Part shown: positions 59,447 to 64,000 of the stretch, piece by piece | How positions within the stretch are numbered: position 1 is the stretch's first letter | Layout of the letters: each line of letters begins with the position of its first letter | Assembly: GCA_964016885.1 (NCBI GenBank) | Contig: OZ024745.1 | Location: 78,678,001 to 78,742,000, forward strand | DNA length: 64,000 nucleotides | Source: Eledone cirrhosa | Taxonomy: Eukaryota | Reading direction: 5' to 3' | Translations under genes and position numbers: made by a program | Notes under the pieces: generated by a model | Told to the model about the DNA's origin: nothing | The model's input: only the letters and a program-made list of their open reading frames with translations | Database searches by the model: none

Positions 59447-60284
59447 TTTTATTTCGTATTTTCACAAGTATTTTCATGTCTTCTGGAACATTCTTCGGGT
59501 GAATGTTGAAATCGCCATGTTACTTTGGTGAATATTAATATAACGATGATAAGTAGGTAGATTATATATATTGTGTCGCTACAAAAAGTATTGCATCTTG
59601 TGTTCCATTTTCTTGTGCTACGAAAGTTGCTATATAAATATTTGTTTCGCACATTCTATACCATTTTGTATTAAAAGGAGTGAATATTGTTGCTTTCGAA
59701 GAAATCCAACGAGTTCCGCAAGTCTTTCTTCTCTGATTCTTGCATCAACAACGGTACAATTTTTGCTAACTAGACAGTATGGAATCTTAGGTTTTATGTA
59801 TGTTGAATTGCATGATTTGAAATTCATGTAATAGTGTGTGTCTGTGTTTGTATAATATATAAATGACATGATGTCGGTTCTACATTTTATCATCGTAATG
59901 CACTGGGTAATTGCTGGCCTTGTGCCTAAAGTAGAAACAATTATTTCCAGAAATAATAATTTTGTGGTATTTATCTCCTTTGTAAATTTTAAGGTTCAAT
60001 CTAGATTATTCAGGATGATGGTGGACTTTCCTAAGTAATTGATAGATTCGGTCCATATCATAATACTGTCATCAAGAAATCTCTACCATGAGCCCTATAT
60101 ATACCGTCTAAAGCGAATATTGTCATTTTCCCCTACTTTTTAGTATAGTTTTTTTTCATGCTACACTAACGCCACATATACATAGTCGCTATATTGATAT
60201 TCACCAAGGTAAAATGGCAATGTCAACATTCACCTGAAGAATGTCCCAGAAGACATAAAATCCTTGTGAAAATACAAAATAAAA
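59447..60284 (-). mobile_element. Decayed Penelope-like element with inverted terminal repeats carrying hammerhead motifs; SINE fragment inserted at ~59896-59943
   Basis: YMNFKSC...IPYCL...CTVV..REERLAEL..FLRKQQY (PLE RT thumb) and RFLDD near 60070. Inverted repeat 59447-59546 / 60186-60284. Hammerhead-like motifs at 59461-59503 (-) and 60229-60270 (+). Confidence 0.7.
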
Positions 60285-60322
60285 TGTGAAAAAACCTGCA
60301 GTAGAGAAATTTGTTTGGTGTG

Positions 60323-60361
<39 letters not shown>

Positions 60362-61699
60362 AATCCAAGTCACTTCACGTGTAATCACTCATCCCCCCTA
60401 TAACTGAGTAACGTGTAATAAATCAATTTGTGGACCTCTACAATATAAAATGTAAAACCTAATTAACTTTAGAAACCTAACCCTGATATGTCAGCCATTT
60501 AACAACTCATGGTGTCTAGCTCTTTACCACCAATTAGTGAGGGACCTAATATAGATATGATAGAATTAATCCGTCACTCGGTTTAGCAACACTGCATGGT
60601 TCCGAGTTCCTTCAGCGGAATCTACTTTATTGCAAGGATACAGGCCAGGTTTCCAGTTCAAGGATAACTTCCTCTATTGCTTCAACGATTCTCGGAAGCC
60701 CTAAAAAGGGTAATGGATTTTGCCCTTTCTCCTCTGACTAAATCATTAAGAAAAAGTTACAAAATGCAAGCGAAAGATTTATCGTACAACTAGTTACAAA
60801 AACTGACATTGCGTCCAAAGTCTAAAGCTTTTACCATGTACAATCAATCACACTAACCGATGTTGTATGTTTTGTTATTGCTACTCTTGCTGCAGTTGTT
60901 CTTTACCTCCTCTTTTGTTGATGCTGTTGCTATTGCTGTTGTTCTCATGTTTTAATTGTTTCGCCTACTGTCTCTTACTATTGTCGCTACTGCTGCTGTT
61001 GTTGATGTTGATGTCACCGCTGCTACTACAGCTGTTATTGTTGTTGATGTTGTTGTTGATGTAGTTGTTGTTGTTGTCACCATTGCTGCTGCTGCTGCTG
61101 TTGCTAACCCCGTTTCATTGTCGTTGTAGCAGAATAACTACTCTTCCAGTACCACCTCCCTACTTTATTTGAAATGTTGCCTCAATGCCGCTTCCCCTAT
61201 GTAGATAGCGAAAAGGTGGTTTTCTCAGAATACTTACTTAGTAAACAAAACACTTGTCGCACCTTTCTAAAAAACTTTCTTCGCAGCTTTCTTTTCCTCT
61301 CTTCAAAGTCAACAGCTTCCTTTCTTTCCATATTCCTACCTTTCTCTTGCTTTCTTGCTCGCTGCCGTCTTTATGTATAATCTCTCTCCCTCCCCCCTCT
61401 CTCTCCCTCTCTTTATCATGAGCTCTTCTGCTCTCTTAGTTATGCTATGTGCTGTTACTCTACAGTGTTTTATTTTTCTTTGTCCATGCTTCCTTCGTTT
61501 CTTTTACGCGGGGTAAACACATCTAGACAAATATCCTGGCAATACGATACATGCAAACACATGCATATGTGCATACATAGACAGGCATATATACACGAAT
61601 ACATATATCCACATAGGTTTACTGACCACAAAACCTCAAATATTTCACTGTATTACTTTAAAAGACTCTACTTCACACAACTGTTCAGTACAAAGCGGA

Positions 61700-63100
61700 A
61701 GAATTAATCATCTTAGACGAATTGCATTGTTTTGTAGTCCCCCGGGCGTTATGATATCGACAAATCTTAAATGTGACGCTGTTAAACCTGTAATATAGAC
61801 ACAAGGACACCGTAAAGATCTTAGTTAAAGAAAGTAGAGAAAGATTTATGTAAAATATCTGGATACTGTCCCCATCATTAGTGCCATATCTATTAAATAT
61901 CAAATAGTCAAAAACATATTTTTAGAGTGATTTAACTAGTAATAATTCATAGGGGCAAATAAATTTAATTTCCCTTTTATAGTATCACCTAGCTGGCAAG
62001 TAATCTCAATATCCGGTCTGAGAGAGGCCGTATTTACGTCAGAAAAATAAACATAGTAACATGGACTTATCGGATTATCAACGTCCTCTGTCAGTTTCTT
62101 TATTGATGCTTACATTCAGTTTTATTTTACCTTCAGGTAAGACTTTAATATCTTTCATAGAGAAAATGTTATCGAATATATTCTATAAAGTAATTTTCTT
62201 ATTCAAATTTTTACTTTGAGCTTGTGTAAATGTTATTCGTCTTGTTTTTTTTTATTGATTGGGGTGAGGCAGCAACAGATTTTACAAATTATTTTATTTT
62301 ATATTATTTATTATTACTTTTATTATTTGTTTATTTGGTGGCTTTGTGGACTCATTATTTTGGGTCTTCTTCGTTGTAGATTATTACAATAAAGTTAGAA
62401 CTCCTGGATTTTTTCTTCAAGTTAAGTATTTGTTTCATGTTCTTAGCCGATGCTATGAAAACCCAGTTTCGATGGAGAAGCACCAAAATAAAAAAAAGAA
62501 GACTAATGTGTTTTTCTTCGTTGTAATAATGAATTAACTTAAAATGCTTACAATAAAATAATATGATATAGAAATTATACATATCTTGATTTATAACATT
62601 GTGAGATACTTTGGAAACCCTAATGTAATGTTCAGACAATTGGCTGACTTGTTCGTGTTCTTACAATGTAGATGAGAGAAGATTTCATTCAGACTGCTAT
62701 CCTTATCCGAGACTGCCCTCACACCAATACTCCAAAGTATCCCTATATATTTCATGTTAAGGTATCAATAAGTTAATTGTCACTTAATATCTATTAATGT
62801 CTGAGATTACACTATGGTTCCATCAATATCAGTAGACATTTATATATGAAAAAATATCGATGAAAAATTAAACTCCATCGACTATTTTAAATCTATATCT
62901 ATATATTACAGCTCCCGTAAATATATGATCTTTTTTAATTTCATATTTTCACCTACAGTTGTTTTTATTATTTCTTTAAAACTCACTACTCCCGGAACAT
63001 ATACTTCGGATTGAATTTTTTGTATCAATTCTACAGATTTGAAATATATGACTCTTCAATAACTGTTTCTGAAAACTTCAAAAGAGAAATTTAAATACTT
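61700..63100 (-). pseudogene. Possible highly decayed PLE RT remnant
   Basis: Fragmentary similarity to PLE RT motifs (xPIV, SKYL, DKG-like); no continuous ORF. Confidence 0.3.
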
Positions 63101-63767
63101 AAAATGTCGTTACACAAAGTCATCAATAACTACCTGGGGCTTTAAAAAAAAACAATGCAAATGAAATGTCTATATCGTAATTGACACTCTCATCAGCTGT
63201 AATCAGTCACAAATCTTTGGACTAGCTTATCTTGTGTGTACGTTATCGGGTACTATTACAGAAACCAGAAAACGGGCGAAAGTTATACATAAATGTGAGA
63301 AGGCTTTGAGTTATTTTCAAAATAGATTATATGACAATTTATTAAATAATAAATGGGGTCTAAATACGTAAATTTAATTTTGAAGTCTAAAATTGTTTCA
63401 GACATTCTAAAATAATATTCCATCTTTTGGAACCATGATCTTGTGTGGTGTCATTCACTCTCATTGCTCACTAGTGCCCGTGAAATAATTTGAAAAGAAT
63501 TGGAAACAGACAAGAGAGTAGAACATTGATATTTTAGAACTTCGCTAGTCGTATTTCTAGTATTGATATTCTTGTATATTGGGCATGGACATGCTTTTTC
63601 TCAATGTAAGACGTCTTTTAGGGAAGATAGAAGTATTCTCAACCAAAAATGCAAAGTGACAACCAATATGAATACATTTTTTTGTTTTTCGAATAATATT
63701 TAGGAAGATTTTTTAATTAAAATTGTATAATGAATGGTTGACATAGTAGTTAGTATGCTGGTTAAAG

Positions 63768-63962
63768 CAGACCTGACAACTCTCCCCGTCCGACGGGGAG
63801 ATCTCCCACCCACTTTTGGGTGGGTGAGAGATGTCTTCTCTTGTGAAAATGAGTATAGCTTTCAATATGTAAAATCTCCCCATTTTGTCTTATTTCTCCA
63901 TGTTTTGGGGCACTTTTTTTCATGGTACTCCCCGTTTGGGTTTCCAGAGGTTGGCAGGTCTG
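63768..63962. mobile_element. MITE
   Basis: TIRs cagacctgacaac / gttggcaggtctg; 7-bp direct repeat gttaaag on both sides. Confidence 0.75.
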
Positions 63963-64000
63963 GTTAAAGGCCATAGAGCTAACAACTACAATATTTTGAG

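Noticed and set aside
60867-61105. Leu-rich or polyQ ORF
   Set aside because: Degenerate (TTG/CTG)n trinucleotide repeat.

Overview
AT-rich animal genomic DNA, most likely an octopod cephalopod judging by the tRNA-derived SINE family and the very long (TA)n arrays. I could not identify any host protein-coding gene. The first ~37 kb is a (TA)n/(TATG)n microsatellite field filled with retroelement insertions, most of them fold-back (inverted) pairs. (1) A tail-to-tail pair of an APE-RT LINE whose ORF1 has a Myb/SANT-like domain and two CCCH fingers. (2) A ~10.4-kb head-to-head palindrome of a Naiad-type Penelope-like element (RT + GIY-YIG; one intact 819-aa ORF) with four hammerhead ribozymes. 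(3) A 310-bp tandem array with a minimal type I hammerhead in each unit (non-LTR retrozyme), which flips orientation in the middle at a 5-nt microhomology. (4) Several smaller head-to-head PLE/retrozyme remnants with their own hammerhead variants. (5) An internally deleted RTE with a candidate HDV-like ribozyme. The remaining ~27 kb holds SINEs, MITEs, Helitron-like elements, a near full-length Tx1/L1-like LINE, a non-autonomous LTR element with a tRNA-Trp PBS, and decayed PLEs. The main candidate system is a hammerhead-bearing autonomous PLE plus non-coding ribozyme RNAs that insert into (TA)n as greater-than-unit-length, head-to-head palindromes. This suggests priming from both ends of the target on circular or concatemeric RNA templates (inference).
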